Below, in pieces: positions 47,500-58,444 of a stretch of DNA of 64,000 bases. The stretch covers positions 4,287 through 68,286 of the forward strand of contig JAAWDR010000004.1 in assembly GCA_022793875.1 (NCBI GenBank). The letters are read 5' to 3'. A program made the translations under genes and the position numbers. The stretch comes from Clostridia bacterium (lineage in GTDB: Bacteria; Bacillota; Clostridia; TANB77; CAG-508). How positions within the stretch are numbered: the first letter of the stretch is position 1; every line of letters starts with the position of its first letter. Under the pieces are notes generated by a model. It ran no database searches and was not told the DNA's origin. It saw only the letters and a program-made list of their open reading frames with translations.

Positions 47500-50400
47500 T
47501 TATCCAATAACAAACTTTTTAATAGCAAATGTCCCAGCACCTAAAGTAATTAAAGTTGTAATTCCTATAACAATTGGTAATACATAATCTTTGTTTTCAC
47601 CAGTATTTGGAATAATTATAACTCTCTCTGAATTTGCTGCATTAAAGTTAAACTTACTTCCATTCCATGTAACTTTTACAGGAGTACCTGTATTAAACCC
47701 TGGTGTTTTTGTAACTTCTACAATTTCAGACTTATTATCAAATGTATTATCCTCTGTACTTGTAAGTAATTTAGAAACATGTAAATCAACTGTATTTGAT
47801 TCTCCTGGTGCTAACGCCTTTGATAAATGTGATGTCAAATAAGTTCTAGTATTATTTATATATGATGTATTCTCTTTTTCACTCGCATTAACAGAAGTCA
47901 AATAATTTTCATCTTTTTCATTCCATTTATCATCAAGAATTGATAATCTTCCATCAATATAATCTATTAATCCAGTTACTGATGCTTTAACTAAATCTGC
48001 TGGTCTCTTATCAATACCATAATAGTAGTAATTATTAGACATATAATCTAATTCACCAATATTTGTTACTTTCATTACATAAGTTATTTCAATAGTAGCA
48101 CCTTCTATCAGCTCATTATCCATTTCTGTTCTTATTAAAGCTGGTCTAACATAAGTTGTATAATCGTGTGCTCCTGTTACATTTCCGTTTTCATCTATAT
48201 TTGCATCTACTAATATTTGACCATTTGCTAATGTAATCTTATATTTTGAAATTCTCTTAGATAAATCTAATTGTTGTTTAGGCCTTTCTGCTATTCCAAA
48301 ATCTATATTTTCTACTGTAAACTTAACTTGAGGTACTGTACCATCTGTGATTGTTGTTTCATATTCTACACTAAATGCTATTATTGGTGTTAAAGATTCC
48401 ATTTTTGTTTGAGAAATATAGCTTGAACCACCACTATATGCTTTATTTATTTCATTTTCTAGAATATTAATCTTAACTGCTTCCATTTCATCATCTATTT
48501 TTTCTCTAATTGAATAATTATCTAAAGCATCTGACTTTCTTGTATTTTTACTTATTGTATCATTTCCATATTCTGAACCTCTGTACCAATATGAATCATT
48601 TTGTTTTCTATTTGAATCATATATTGTTCCTTTATAATATTGAACTTTATATGTTTGGTCACCCCATATATATGTCAAGATATAATTTCCTGGTATATAT
48701 CCTGCAAATGTATAATCTCCATTTTCATTTGTTGTTGTAGTCATTTCAATTCTTTCACCATTGTAACTGCTATCATCTTTTCCTATTTCACGTAATTTTA
48801 CAGTTATTCCACTAAGAGGTGTCTCACCATTATCTAATATTCCATTTCCTATTCTCTCTTGTTCTTTATATACAAGATTACTATTTTTTCCTGTTGAATC
48901 TACAAATGCTTTACCTTTTAAATCTCTTTCATCTTTAAATTCTAGTCGTAATGATCTTGCAGCATCTGTATCATCCTCATATGTATTAAAGTTACCTGGT
49001 ATTGCATTTCCTGGTACTGAGTCTTGATCTATTACAGCAACTGGTGTAGATACATTACCATTTTTAAATGTTGTATATGAATTAATTTCTGTAACATTAT
49101 TTATTAAATCTCCACTATTCATTATAGATAACACTGCTGTTCTATCTAATCTAAATTGTGCATACAAATAACTTGTAGTTCCTGAATTCAATAATGTATT
49201 TGTATTAATTATATATTTTGAATATGTACCATTATATGCAGTTTTTGCTCCAAATCCTATATTTCCTGTAATATTATCTGAATTATCTATTCCTGTTCCA
49301 ACTGCTATTAATTCAGTTCTACTATCTGTATAATTTACTATATTATTAATTCTTCCTAAATATTGAGATTCGTTTCTTAAAGCAATCTTATATGTTACAT
49401 ATACTTTAATCTCATTATCTTTATGATTTGGTGCTTCATAAACAGCATCTGATTTGTATATTGCTCTATCATATGTTCCTCTATTATTTTGGAATTTTAT
49501 TCCTACATTCCAAGAAGCATCTCCATTTTCACTTCCATCCGCATTATATCTTACTTTAGCATATCTATATATATGTGAAAATCCATTTACTGAAACTTTT
49601 ACATCGTACAAATCTTGAGTAAGTGCAAAATCTGATTGTGCTTTTTCAAATAACCCTAAATTTACATATCTTATTTCTTCAAATGTTGGAGTAAATCCAC
49701 TATATAGATTATATCCAGCTTCATTTGTTCTAGCATAAACATCACATCCTGTATGACTATTAATTGTACTTGCATAATTATTTACACTATTATAATTTAC
49801 TGTAACTCCATTTATATATACAGATTGACTTCCATTTCCATTAACACTTGTAAATCTACTATCTAATACATTTCTTGTTGCTGTATCAATAGCTTTTGAT
49901 CCCTTATTTTCACTTAATTTAGGAGCTACTGATTGATATGTTATACCACAATATTCAAATTCAACATAGTAACTTCCTGCTTGTAATTCATCCAAATTAA
50001 TGTCTGTAAATTGATATTCTCCACCATTTATTTCTGAATATAATCCTAATTCTGATGTAGTTGTTGTTTTAATAACACTTCCACCTGATTTTAAGTATAC
50101 TTTTATTCCATTTACTCCTGCTTCACCTTGATCAAATATATCATTTCTAATAGCTTGTTTTCCTTCATTTCCATCCATCCATACATATCCAGACAATTTA
50201 ACCAAATTTTGATGATTATATACATTTCTACTTTGTAATATTGGATTATTACTATTAAGAGAAAGTGTCCATGATCCCCCAGCACTATATCCATAATGTG
50301 GATTACTTACTTCTTTTGCTGTAACAGATGTTCCTTGTTTTATTCTTTCAGTCCACCTAGTATCATCTATTACTTCACCTGTATTCTTATTATACTTAGT

Positions 50401-51819
50401 TGTTACTTTAATAGTTTTAAAACTTATATTCTTTGATATTTGTCCTAGACTATCTGTATAATATGTATATGGTGAAGTTGACCAACTACCATCTCCTTGC
50501 AAATACATTGTATAATCTTTCCAATCATATTTAATTTCTGTGTAATCATATTCTGTATCAGAACTATGTTGCCATCCATCATTATCATGCTCATATTGTT
50601 TTGGATCATATGAAGTACCATCATCTTTTAATTTTTCATGAGAACATCCATTTGGATGTTTACATTGTACTTGCTTATCATGGTCTTTCCTTTCTGTTTC
50701 TTCATACTTCTGTATTGTTGCTTTAAATTGAAATCCTACATTTGGTAAAGGTCTATTATCTGCTCTATCATCAAGTTTTGTTAAACCAACTTTTAATGAT
50801 AAGCTAACATTATAGTATCCAACCCCAGAACCATTTCCAGGTGTATATGGTCTATCTCCAGCATGTACATAAAATAAGTTCTGATGATCTCCTGATTTAA
50901 AAAACCATAATTTTGCAGTACATATTGTATTATAATTACTATTACTTATAGACGAATTTGTTTGTAATCTTAAACTTGTTAAACTACTTGCCCCTTTTAT
51001 ATCAACATAAAATGGCTCTCCTGTTAATATATCTGATACATTTACTATGTTAGCACTAGTACCAGTATATTTTACAAATCTAACATTTGATCCACCAACT
51101 GTTCCACCATTCACTGTTATACTTTGTAACGTTCCGCCAAATTCCCATCTAAATGGTCCAACTCTCATAAATCCATCGCCTGTACTTTTAGCTGACAAAT
51201 TATTTCTATCTGTTTTATCTGTAACACTAATAGGAGCTGGTGCAGATGTACTTCCTGAACTTCCAGCTATACTTGAAGCTTTTGCATCTCCAATTGAATT
51301 AGCATATGCAATTGCTTCATCATTTAAGCTTTGTTTACCTACTCCATCATTTCCTGCCCATACATAAGATTGATCTCCAAGAACTGTTGTTGTCCAAGAA
51401 TTTGATATATACCAAAATGCTTTTTGTGCCTCTGACTGTGTTCCTGAATTACTCATATATCCATTTCCTTTACTTAAAATATATGCAACTTGAGCATTTA
51501 AGTCATCAACAACCACTTTTTCTACTTCACCATTTATATTATAAATAGTTGCTTCTTTTCCATTTATTTCTACATACTTGTCTAACAAAAATGTAACCTC
51601 TGGAGTTTTTAAAGATGCATGGTGCTGTATACAATACAAGTTTGAGCCTACTACAGCTAAAGAATTATCCCAATTCATTTTAAACGTTTGCCCTAAGTAT
51701 TCAGTAGTTGTATTATCCAATATAGTTAAATCGCTTACAGCAAAAACTGTTGTATTCAAAAATGTAATTATTAATAGTAATATTAATAAAGTTGTTATAA
51801 TTTTAATTTTTCCTTTCAT
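47500..51819 (-). CDS. Cell-wall-anchored adhesin: probable thioester (TQXA-like) domain, SdrD-B/CnaB-like domains, IPNTG sorting signal
   Basis: 1439 aa with a signal peptide. LYCIQHHASLKTP and TQSEAQKAFWY resemble the Cys and Gln thioester motifs. GYVWMDGNEGKQ...YQFTDI and GNGILDNGE...GDYTFAG are B-type repeats. The C-terminus is IPNTG, a TM segment and KK. Confidence 0.75.
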   Translation of the reverse strand: MKGKIKIITTLLILLLIITFLNTTVFAVSDLTILDNTTTEYLGQTFKMNWDNSLAVVGSNLYCIQHHASLKTPEVTFLLDKYVEINGKEATIYNINGEVEKVVVDDLNAQVAYILSKGNGYMSNSGTQSEAQKAFWYISNSWTTTVLGDQSYVWAGNDGVGKQSLNDEAIAYANSIGDAKASSIAGSSGSTSAPAPISVTDKTDRNNLSAKSTGDGFMRVGPFRWEFGGTLQSITVNGGTVGGSNVRFVKYTGTSANIVNVSDILTGEPFYVDIKGASSLTSLRLQTNSSISNSNYNTICTAKLWFFKSGDHQNLFYVHAGDRPYTPGNGSGVGYYNVSLSLKVGLTKLDDRADNRPLPNVGFQFKATIQKYEETERKDHDKQVQCKHPNGCSHEKLKDDGTSYDPKQYEHDNDGWQHSSDTEYDYTEIKYDWKDYTMYLQGDGSWSTSPYTYYTDSLGQISKNISFKTIKVTTKYNKNTGEVIDDTRWTERIKQGTSVTAKEVSNPHYGYSAGGSWTLSLNSNNPILQSRNVYNHQNLVKLSGYVWMDGNEGKQAIRNDIFDQGEAGVNGIKVYLKSGGSVIKTTTTSELGLYSEINGGEYQFTDINLDELQAGSYYVEFEYCGITYQSVAPKLSENKGSKAIDTATRNVLDSRFTSVNGNGSQSVYINGVTVNYNSVNNYASTINSHTGCDVYARTNEAGYNLYSGFTPTFEEIRYVNLGLFEKAQSDFALTQDLYDVKVSVNGFSHIYRYAKVRYNADGSENGDASWNVGIKFQNNRGTYDRAIYKSDAVYEAPNHKDNEIKVYVTYKIALRNESQYLGRINNIVNYTDSRTELIAVGTGIDNSDNITGNIGFGAKTAYNGTYSKYIINTNTLLNSGTTSYLYAQFRLDRTAVLSIMNSGDLINNVTEINSYTTFKNGNVSTPVAVIDQDSVPGNAIPGNFNTYEDDTDAARSLRLEFKDERDLKGKAFVDSTGKNSNLVYKEQERIGNGILDNGETPLSGITVKLREIGKDDSSYNGERIEMTTTTNENGDYTFAGYIPGNYILTYIWGDQTYKVQYYKGTIYDSNRKQNDSYWYRGSEYGNDTISKNTRKSDALDNYSIREKIDDEMEAVKINILENEINKAYSGGSSYISQTKMESLTPIIAFSVEYETTITDGTVPQVKFTVENIDFGIAERPKQQLDLSKRISKYKITLANGQILVDANIDENGNVTGAHDYTTYVRPALIRTEMDNELIEGATIEITYVMKVTNIGELDYMSNNYYYYGIDKRPADLVKASVTGLIDYIDGRLSILDDKWNEKDENYLTSVNASEKENTSYINNTRTYLTSHLSKALAPGESNTVDLHVSKLLTSTEDNTFDNKSEIVEVTKTPGFNTGTPVKVTWNGSKFNFNAANSERVIIIPNTGENKDYVLPIVIGITTLITLGAGTFAIKKFVIG

Positions 51820-51839
51820 ATTCTACCTCCTTTCCTACA

Positions 51840-54800
51840 TTAATCTTTTGTTATAATAAATCTTTTTAATAAAAAGATTGCTATTCCTAAAATAAATATT
51901 GTTACAATTACTAAAGATATTGCCATTATAGTTTGACCTGTTCTTATACTTATAATTAAATCTGCTGACCCCATATCATTTTCGCCTTTTACCTTATTTC
52001 CCTCTGTTGAATTTATATCACTTAATCCTAATTCATTATAAGAACTTACTATTTCTGCTGTATTATTAACTAATCCTGTGTTATTTTCTGTCATTTGTTT
52101 TACCACTGTTAATTTAACTTCTTTACTTTCTCCCGGTTTTATCTCTTCATTTGCTAAACTTGTACAATATAAATCATCACCTGATTGATACCAATCCTTA
52201 TTTAATTCTGAATTAAATTTATAATCTTTTGACAAATAATCTGCTATCTTTTTAACATATCCTGAAACATCACCTTTATTTGTTACTTTTATTGTATATT
52301 CAACAACTACCATTGTAGAAGCTACTTGTTTTGCATCAATCTCTTGTTTTACTAATGTTGCATTTTCATAATTATTTGTAACAGTTTTATTATTTTGTAC
52401 TGTAACTTTACTTATATATTTTTCTAATTGTAAATCATATTTTTTAGCTTTTATTAATCCTATATTAATATTAGATATATTATCTTCATTAACATTTATT
52501 ATTTCTGTTGCTGAAACATTCTTTTCTTCACCATTTACATTTATAGTTTTTATAATTGCATTTGAATTATTTTCTTTTGAAATTCCATCTTTTTCAAATG
52601 CTGTTAAACCATATTTAGTGTTATCATATTCAAATACTACTAAATATTGTCCATTTTCTACTCTATCAAAACTATAAAATCCAGTTGAAGTTGTTGTTAC
52701 TACAATAACATTTCCATTTGAATCTTTTACAAATTCATTTGTTGTTACATTTAATAATTTTACAGACATACCTTCAAAGCTTTTTTCTTCTATTCCTTTT
52801 TGTCCATCTTCATTTTCATCTATCCATGCAAAACCTGAAATTACTTTATAAGTATTAGGGATATCTGGGTTATCTGGGTTATCTGGATTGTCTGGGTTAA
52901 TAGGAGTATCTCCTCCATTTTCACTAGGTTGTAATATATGTGATAATTTAGCTGTTTGAATTTCAGAACCTCTAACTAATAGAGAATATTCACTAATTAC
53001 TTCTGTTGCATTTACGCTTCCATCTAATAAATTAACTATTACTTCTATCTGATATTCAATACTTTGTCCAGCTTCTATCTCGTTATCTACTACTTGTAAT
53101 ACCTTTTTATTTTCTTTACTATCTATATTTAAAGAATACTTATCTGATGGTAATTCCTCTCCATTTCTTATAACTTTTGTTAAAGTAACATCATTTGAAA
53201 TCCAATTTTTTAAAACCACATTAACAGTATTACTATTACCCTCATTCTTAATTGCTACATTATATTTAATTGTATCTCCTGCTTTAACATATTGTCCATT
53301 ATTTTCTGAAGTTGCATTTAATTTAATTACTAAATCTGATTTTGCAATCAAATTAATTTCATTAGAATTATATGTTGTACCATTATTTACTGCTGCAAAT
53401 AATGAAATATCATGTAATTCATTATCTTGGAAAATACCAACAGTAGTATAAACTACTATTTCAAGTGTTTCATTAGGTGAAATTTCTGGAATTTTTATAC
53501 TATCTGAATTATTAGCTACAACAGCTTTATCATTAGAATCTATATAATACATTTGTGTAACATTTACAAGTTTATTTGTATTTAGTTTAACTTCAAGATT
53601 TTTCATGTTTTCTTCGGATTTATTTGTAACATATACTATATATCTATATTGACATCCTGTTTTTAAAACTCCATTCTCTGCATCTTGTGAAATAAGTCTT
53701 AATTCTAATTTCCCTTCTTCCACATTTAATTTGACTTCATTTGAATTTTTAGAAACATCTCCATAATGTGTTATAACTGTGTTTGTAATTTCTTTTTGTG
53801 TCATTCCTTTTTTCACTTGAACTTCATAATATATTTTAGTTTCTTTCCCACTAGGTAAGTTTTCTATATTAAACTCTACTTTCTTCTTATTCTCGTCTAT
53901 AAATTTAAGTTCACTTGAATCATTTTCTACTTCTCCTCCAGCATCCCCAATATTTAAAGCATTATTTATCTTATCACTATTTACAAATACTGTACCTTCT
54001 GGAATATTAGCTTCAACCTTTACATTTGATACATCCATAGAACCTGTATTTGCTACTGTCATTTCATATCTCAATACTTCATTTTCTTTTACTGTATTTG
54101 TTTCTTTTCCTGCAATTAAACCTTTCATTGTTGTTTCAACTACAGTTCCTGCTGGTGTAGATAATTTAATAGATTTTGTTTTTACTTGTTCTTCTACTGT
54201 TACATTATTATAATATACTATATATCCTTCCTCAGCTGATTCATTATATTCTAGATTAGAAGGAATTGATATTTCATAAGATAAGTCTAATTCTTCATAT
54301 AAATCTAATTCATTTATAACAACAAGATATTTTTTTACAACCTTATTATCTTCAATATTCTCTTTCCATGCATTCTCCTTATTTTCTAAGTCTTCTGTTG
54401 CATTTTCATTACTAGAATAATATACTTTTACTTTATTACTATCTATTCCAGAAATTGTTATATTTCCAACTTGTATATTAATATTATTAGTATCTATAGC
54501 TGCTTTTGTAGGAAATGTTCCTAATATTCTTACATCTGATATTTTGTTTTCTTTATTATTTATTATTTTCTTTTCAATTGTAACATTCTTCATACTATCT
54601 GATACAGCTAATTCCGCTATTTCTGTACCATTATTGTTTACAATATCTATTCCATATTCTGAAATTTGATTTGTTGTTACAACACCTACATACGAAATTA
54701 TATTTATATCTTTTTCAACCTTAGCATCATCCCTATAATTTACAGCATTTTCATTTGAATATGATAATTTAACTTTTTCTGTACTATTTGGAATTTTTGT

Positions 54801-56714
54801 ATCTGTTGTTAAATTAGCATTTATTACAATCATTGCACCTTTTATTGCTTCTTCTTTATACTTAGTTTGTTGTCCTTCTAGAAGAATTTCTACAACATTA
54901 CCTTTTAAAGATGCTGATTTTATTTTTAATTCATCTTCGTCAAGTAGTTTTATATAATTCACTTGTATATCTTTTATCTTTTCAGGTAATTCCAATCTTA
55001 AAACTGGATTTTTAAATAGTTCTTGATTTTCTTCTCTAGAATTTAAAATCATTCTAAATTCTACATTATTATTTGTTACCATTGCTGATAATTCAGTTCT
55101 ATTAATTTCTAAATCTACAGAAGTTTCTGTTTCTTTTAATTCTATATTAGATTCAGTTACTTCTAATTCTGTTATTTTGTCATTTATAACATATGAAACT
55201 GAAGGCTTAGAAATTATCTTATTTTGAGCTTTTATAATATTTCTGTCTAAAGAATTTATTGTTTTTGTAGTTTCTATCTCTAATTTTCCAATTGCATTTA
55301 TTGATTTTATCTCAAATTTAACTGTTTCAATATTTTCTGGATATATAAAAATAATATTACCATCCTCATCTGCTTTAGTGTCCTTATTTATTGTTGAAAT
55401 TACTTCTCCATTCGCAGCATTTATTATATTTAGAACTCCATTTTCACCTAATATATTATCAACATTAGATTTATTTATTTTTGTTGTTCTATATACTGAT
55501 TTTAAAACTTTATCTCCTATTGTTTGTTTATTTTCTTCTATATTAATTGTATTTGCAACATTATTTAAGTTAACATTAATTATATTTTTATATTTAATAT
55601 CTCTTGAAACTCCTGCATATAATTTTCCTTTATATATACTTGTTTCGTTTTGAATAATTTCTGATGTTACAATAGCATCTTTTTCTTCACTATTTAATAT
55701 TATTTCATTAGACGCTTTAATTATTGTACTTTTAGTATCATAAAGTTTAATTTCTGAATTTGCTGATATTTTTTCTTCAGCTATTTCTACTTTTTCATCA
55801 AATACATATGTAACTATAAAAGTATCTGTTCCAGATTTTTTCCAAGAAACTTTTCCATCATTTTCTTTATTTTCTATATCAATTGTAAGTAATCCTGAAT
55901 TCTCATCATAATTCCAATTTTCATTTGCTAAATTACTTCCATTAGTAACTAAAACATCATTTACATTAACTATTGCGCTTTCAGGATACTTATCTGAAAT
56001 TTTAGGAGCTTGTACATTAATTTTAGAATTATTTATTGGATACAAATTATTATCTAATCCAGATTTAATCTCTACTTGTATAATCCTTTTATTTTTTCCA
56101 TTAATTTCAAATATTTTATTTGTCACAATATTTTGAGATAATATTATATTTTCATCAGTATATGGACTTACTAAATTTAATTTAACATTCTTTTCTGCTT
56201 TTATTGAAATATCTTTTTCTGTTCTATCTCTATAAATACCTTCAATATAAATTTTGCTGTTTAAATCTATTAATTTCAAATCAAATTTTTCATCTCTTAA
56301 TATCTCTATGTTTACTTCTATTTCTTTAGTCTCTCCTGCTTTTATTTGATTTAAATAAATAGTACCATTTTCTATTTTATTTACTGAATCACTTAATATA
56401 TCTGCTTTTAATGCAAAATTAGTATCTTTTAATAAGATATTCCCATTAAAATATCCTTCTCTATTTACAGATATTTCAAAATAAAGCTTTAAATTTTCAC
56501 CATTTGTAACTTCATCTTTTTCAATAACTTTATTTCCGTTTCCATCCTTAAAATAAGCCATAAATTCTACATTTTTATGGTTTGTACTCTTATCTGCATT
56601 AATTGCATCTGCAGCATATGATACAACATCTACACATATTAATAAAAAGTTCGCAATTGTCATTGTTATTATTAATAATACTGATGTTATAACTTGTAAA
56701 AATTTTTGTTTCAT
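51840..56714 (-). CDS. Giant surface protein with DUF11-type repeats and an SdrD-B-like domain
   Basis: The probable start is MKQKFLQ after gggagg; the ORF opens at 56768. DUF11-like LRYEMTVANTGSMDVSNVKVEANIPEGT, YRYIVYVTNKSE, IKYNVAIKNEGN and VEYTIKVTNKGD. PDNPDNPDNPD linker. C-terminal SIRTGQ plus a TM segment plus KR. Confidence 0.75.
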   Translation of the reverse strand: MKQKFLQVITSVLLIITMTIANFLLICVDVVSYAADAINADKSTNHKNVEFMAYFKDGNGNKVIEKDEVTNGENLKLYFEISVNREGYFNGNILLKDTNFALKADILSDSVNKIENGTIYLNQIKAGETKEIEVNIEILRDEKFDLKLIDLNSKIYIEGIYRDRTEKDISIKAEKNVKLNLVSPYTDENIILSQNIVTNKIFEINGKNKRIIQVEIKSGLDNNLYPINNSKINVQAPKISDKYPESAIVNVNDVLVTNGSNLANENWNYDENSGLLTIDIENKENDGKVSWKKSGTDTFIVTYVFDEKVEIAEEKISANSEIKLYDTKSTIIKASNEIILNSEEKDAIVTSEIIQNETSIYKGKLYAGVSRDIKYKNIINVNLNNVANTINIEENKQTIGDKVLKSVYRTTKINKSNVDNILGENGVLNIINAANGEVISTINKDTKADEDGNIIFIYPENIETVKFEIKSINAIGKLEIETTKTINSLDRNIIKAQNKIISKPSVSYVINDKITELEVTESNIELKETETSVDLEINRTELSAMVTNNNVEFRMILNSREENQELFKNPVLRLELPEKIKDIQVNYIKLLDEDELKIKSASLKGNVVEILLEGQQTKYKEEAIKGAMIVINANLTTDTKIPNSTEKVKLSYSNENAVNYRDDAKVEKDINIISYVGVVTTNQISEYGIDIVNNNGTEIAELAVSDSMKNVTIEKKIINNKENKISDVRILGTFPTKAAIDTNNINIQVGNITISGIDSNKVKVYYSSNENATEDLENKENAWKENIEDNKVVKKYLVVINELDLYEELDLSYEISIPSNLEYNESAEEGYIVYYNNVTVEEQVKTKSIKLSTPAGTVVETTMKGLIAGKETNTVKENEVLRYEMTVANTGSMDVSNVKVEANIPEGTVFVNSDKINNALNIGDAGGEVENDSSELKFIDENKKKVEFNIENLPSGKETKIYYEVQVKKGMTQKEITNTVITHYGDVSKNSNEVKLNVEEGKLELRLISQDAENGVLKTGCQYRYIVYVTNKSEENMKNLEVKLNTNKLVNVTQMYYIDSNDKAVVANNSDSIKIPEISPNETLEIVVYTTVGIFQDNELHDISLFAAVNNGTTYNSNEINLIAKSDLVIKLNATSENNGQYVKAGDTIKYNVAIKNEGNSNTVNVVLKNWISNDVTLTKVIRNGEELPSDKYSLNIDSKENKKVLQVVDNEIEAGQSIEYQIEVIVNLLDGSVNATEVISEYSLLVRGSEIQTAKLSHILQPSENGGDTPINPDNPDNPDNPDIPNTYKVISGFAWIDENEDGQKGIEEKSFEGMSVKLLNVTTNEFVKDSNGNVIVVTTTSTGFYSFDRVENGQYLVVFEYDNTKYGLTAFEKDGISKENNSNAIIKTINVNGEEKNVSATEIINVNEDNISNINIGLIKAKKYDLQLEKYISKVTVQNNKTVTNNYENATLVKQEIDAKQVASTMVVVEYTIKVTNKGDVSGYVKKIADYLSKDYKFNSELNKDWYQSGDDLYCTSLANEEIKPGESKEVKLTVVKQMTENNTGLVNNTAEIVSSYNELGLSDINSTEGNKVKGENDMGSADLIISIRTGQTIMAISLVIVTIFILGIAIFLLKRFIITKD

Positions 56715-57050
56715 AATATTACCTCCCAAAATATAAAATGCTATAATTTTTAATACATTTTTCGACATTTTTACATAATATCTCTAAATAAAATTATACA
56801 CCAAAAATAGTGATTTTTCAACCATTTTTAATAAAATATTACTTATATTTTTACAATATATATTATAGTTACATTCATTTATAAAGTAAAGCCCTTCTAA
56901 TCCACAATATTTAAACAATTTGTGCACTATTTACGGAATCCTTAATATTACAAAATATTAAATTTTCTTTACTTTTTTATCAAATTTTGTAATTTTTTAT
57001 TCTTATTTCAACCTACTTAGCCTATTTCCCTAAGTTTTTTTATGTAATAT

Positions 57051-57491
57051 CTTGATACCCGACACTTTTTTATTGATGGTTAGCTCCCCTACTATAGAGA
57101 TATATTTTAGTATGTATCGCTTGATTGAAGTGAAAAATAGAAATGTTTAAATAAGAAAATGAGGAATGTTCACGGAAAAATAGATACTTATATTTATTTT
57201 TTCATTGCATTCCTCGGTTTAATACAGGACTTAGAAAATCTAAATAAAATCAATCAGTGCCCTCGTGAGGCGAGATTCCCTAATTAATTTTATTAAGATT
57301 TTCTATAGTCCTTCCATGGCACATTCGGAATTTCATTCAAAAGAAATATAAGTATCTATTTTGGCCTGAGTGAAAGCGGCTCATTTTCTTATTTTAACAA
57401 TTCTTTTTGAACATAATGAACAAGATACATACTAAAATATATCTCTATAGGAGGGTATCCAACCATCAATAAAAAAGTGTCGGGTATCAAG
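57051..57491. repeat. Nested palindromic element family 2, long form (~440-bp imperfect foldback)
   Basis: The ~42-bp arms match 35997-36097. The loop segment TAAAATATATCTCTATA is duplicated in inverted orientation and encloses a further ~310-bp imperfect palindrome centred near 57270. Confidence 0.8.
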
Positions 57492-57574
57492 ACATAAATA
57501 AAATTATTTAAAAATCTAATTATAACACATCTAATTAAAATTAGAATATTATATTATAATATTAATTATAAAAT

Positions 57575-57817
57575 ATGAAAGGAAAAAATAAAATGCCAAG
57601 TTTATATAGATGTGAAAACACAAAATCATTAGAAACAATAAAAAATGAACAATATGAAAAAAGAGGAGAAAAAAAACCTTCCCCATCTAAAAAGAAAAAA
57701 ATAAATTTTAATACCTGCAAAAAAAATACTCTAAACTCATTAAATGAAGTAGAGCATTTTTTAAGAAATTTTAGCGGTTTTATGAAATATGTAAAATTAT
57801 ACAAAATATTGAAATAA
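57575..57817 (+). CDS. Lys-rich small protein, possibly YqfQ/VrrA-like
   Basis: 80 aa with a basic low-complexity centre and the C-terminal LNEVEHFLRNFSGFMKYVKLYK. The alternative start MPSLYR (57593) has SD aaagga. Confidence 0.35.
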   Translation: MKGKNKMPSLYRCENTKSLETIKNEQYEKRGEKKPSPSKKKKINFNTCKKNTLNSLNEVEHFLRNFSGFMKYVKLYKILK

Positions 57818-57849
57818 TATTATAAAATATCTATTTCTTAAGGGATATT

Positions 57850-58386
57850 CTATTTTCTCACATATTCATCTTTAAAATCTTCATTTGTATTACCATCAAT
57901 TAAAAATTTAACCTTATTTACTTCATTAAGTTCAGTAACAGTATTAACAATAGAATTAATCAAATTCTCTTTCACTTTAGAATCATCTTTACTATAATTT
58001 AACAACTCAGACGAAAAATCCAAAGTCAAACATTCTCCCTCTAAAGAAGCATTTAACAACTTAACATTTTCAGGAATAACAACCTTTAGCTTATCACTTT
58101 TAGGACCCTGAATTAACAATTCTATCAAAACATTATATGGAGCTTGTATAAGTTCTTTAACATTAACAAGCCTAGCCTCAGGCTTTATCAAATTAGTCTC
58201 CTTATCAGGAAAGTACAAACTTACAATAGTCTCTCTAAACTGCTCCTCAGAAATTTCCTCTTGAGGAGTATATTCACCTCGTACTTCTCCAGCCTTTTTC
58301 TCTTTCACATATTTAATTGAAAAAAATCCAACCACAAATATTATAATTAGTAAAATTAAGAATAACGAAACAATCTTCTTATTCAT
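57850..58386 (-). CDS. gerM: GerM domain (sporulation/germination) lipoprotein-like protein
   Basis: Start MNKKIVS after aaggagga. TM/signal segment, then SLYFPDKETNLIKPEARLV...LIELLIQGPKS...VNKVKFLIDG. Confidence 0.75.
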   Translation of the reverse strand: MNKKIVSLFLILLIIIFVVGFFSIKYVKEKKAGEVRGEYTPQEEISEEQFRETIVSLYFPDKETNLIKPEARLVNVKELIQAPYNVLIELLIQGPKSDKLKVVIPENVKLLNASLEGECLTLDFSSELLNYSKDDSKVKENLINSIVNTVTELNEVNKVKFLIDGNTNEDFKDEYVRK

Positions 58387-58444
58387 TATAACTTCCTCCT
58401 TCTTCTTTACCATAACTCAGTTTTAATATATAAATATGTAAATA

